A stretch of 63,003 bases of DNA, the filler included, from Phoronis australis (lineage: Eukaryota > Animalia > Phoronida), in NCBI GenBank assembly GCA_002633005.1. It is 7 parts of 7 records of this genome, joined end to end, with 100 filler letters (N's around TTAATTAATTAA, not from the genome) between each part and the next. Parts side by side here need not be neighbours in the genome. Positions count along the whole stretch, not along the records: positions 61,278 to 63,003 come from NMRA01002168.1; 6 more parts are not named here. One strand, 5' to 3'. A program made the translations under genes and the position numbers. Below the pieces are notes generated by a model. That model had not been told where the DNA came from and ran no database searches. It saw only the letters and a list, made by a program, of their open reading frames with translations. How positions within the stretch are numbered: position 1 is the first letter of the stretch; the number at the start of each line of letters is the position of its first letter. Shown here one piece after another: positions 62,431 through 63,003 of the stretch.

Positions 62431-62548
62431 CTAGCACTGGCATAGACTTCCTTGCTGGCCAGCGCATCAATGGCAATAATGGCTGCCTTGTGTTCCCTGT
62501 TTCTGTTTGTCTTTCGCCTGTACATGGCATCCTCACTCATCCTTGTCA
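62431..62548 (-). CDS. Unassigned coding exon (TRMSEDAMYRRKTNRNREHKAAIIAIDALASKEVYASAR)
   Basis: ttacag/gtatat; 118 nt, phase 1-2; open frame. Confidence 0.6.
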
Positions 62549-63003
62549 CTGTAACAGGAGAGTGAACAAACACTGTGAAGCTCAAGACACCAACTGGAAT
62601 GAGTGACAAGTGACTGGCGCCAGTCAATAAACCAAACATGGCTCAGAAACGTGCAACAGATATTATCTTTAACTAAACAAACCATCAGGCAGAATATTCA
62701 TGAGCTACCACACACTGTTTTGATGTTGGAGGAAAATAGAGGATGAAAATAAAATTAAAGAACATTATCTCACTGTTGTCCCTTTTCACTACAAATCGTT
62801 TTTAAATGACTGTCACAGAGGATAAATCCTAAAATCAAACTGATTGCTCTTTTATCTTATTTTCAACCCCTCTTGAAGATTCAAAATCCATAAGTGTCAT
62901 GTTGTTTGCACCCAACAAACAAATGTGCAACAGAAGATTATATCCCGAGCAACCAACTTACAGGTTGGTTTTAAAGGACCAGGATCTTCCACAAGGTCAA
63001 GGT

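Overview
Low-GC, intron-rich animal genomic DNA, probably invertebrate and possibly lophotrochozoan (inference from gene content and repeat types). The window is not one continuous locus. Six identical 100-nt artificial spacers (N44-TTAATTAATTAA-N44) split it into seven pieces: 1-13476, 13577-17073, 17174-40460, 40561-45832, 45933-58753, 58854-61177 and 61278-63003. I spliced exons by hand using GT-AG boundaries and phase. They give: (i) one ALG13 exon; (ii) most of an FNBP1/FNBP1L/CIP4 (TOCA) F-BAR+HR1 gene on + (13 exons including a 15-nt microexon; first exon and SH3 exons absent); (iii) seven exons of an SMG7-like gene on -; (iv) the first six coding exons of a RADX-like OB-fold gene on +; (v) two unassigned coding exons and a frameshifted THAP domain. 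The rest is decayed non-LTR retrotransposons, MITEs and foldbacks, Helentron-like elements and many minisatellites. The most unusual signal is in the F-BAR gene, where exon-intron boundaries have repeatedly been tandemly duplicated, giving arrays of extra splice donors and acceptors. One of these is in frame and would lengthen the HR1 helix. No CRISPR arrays, rRNA or intact tRNA genes were seen. Homology calls come from recalled family motifs, not database searches.
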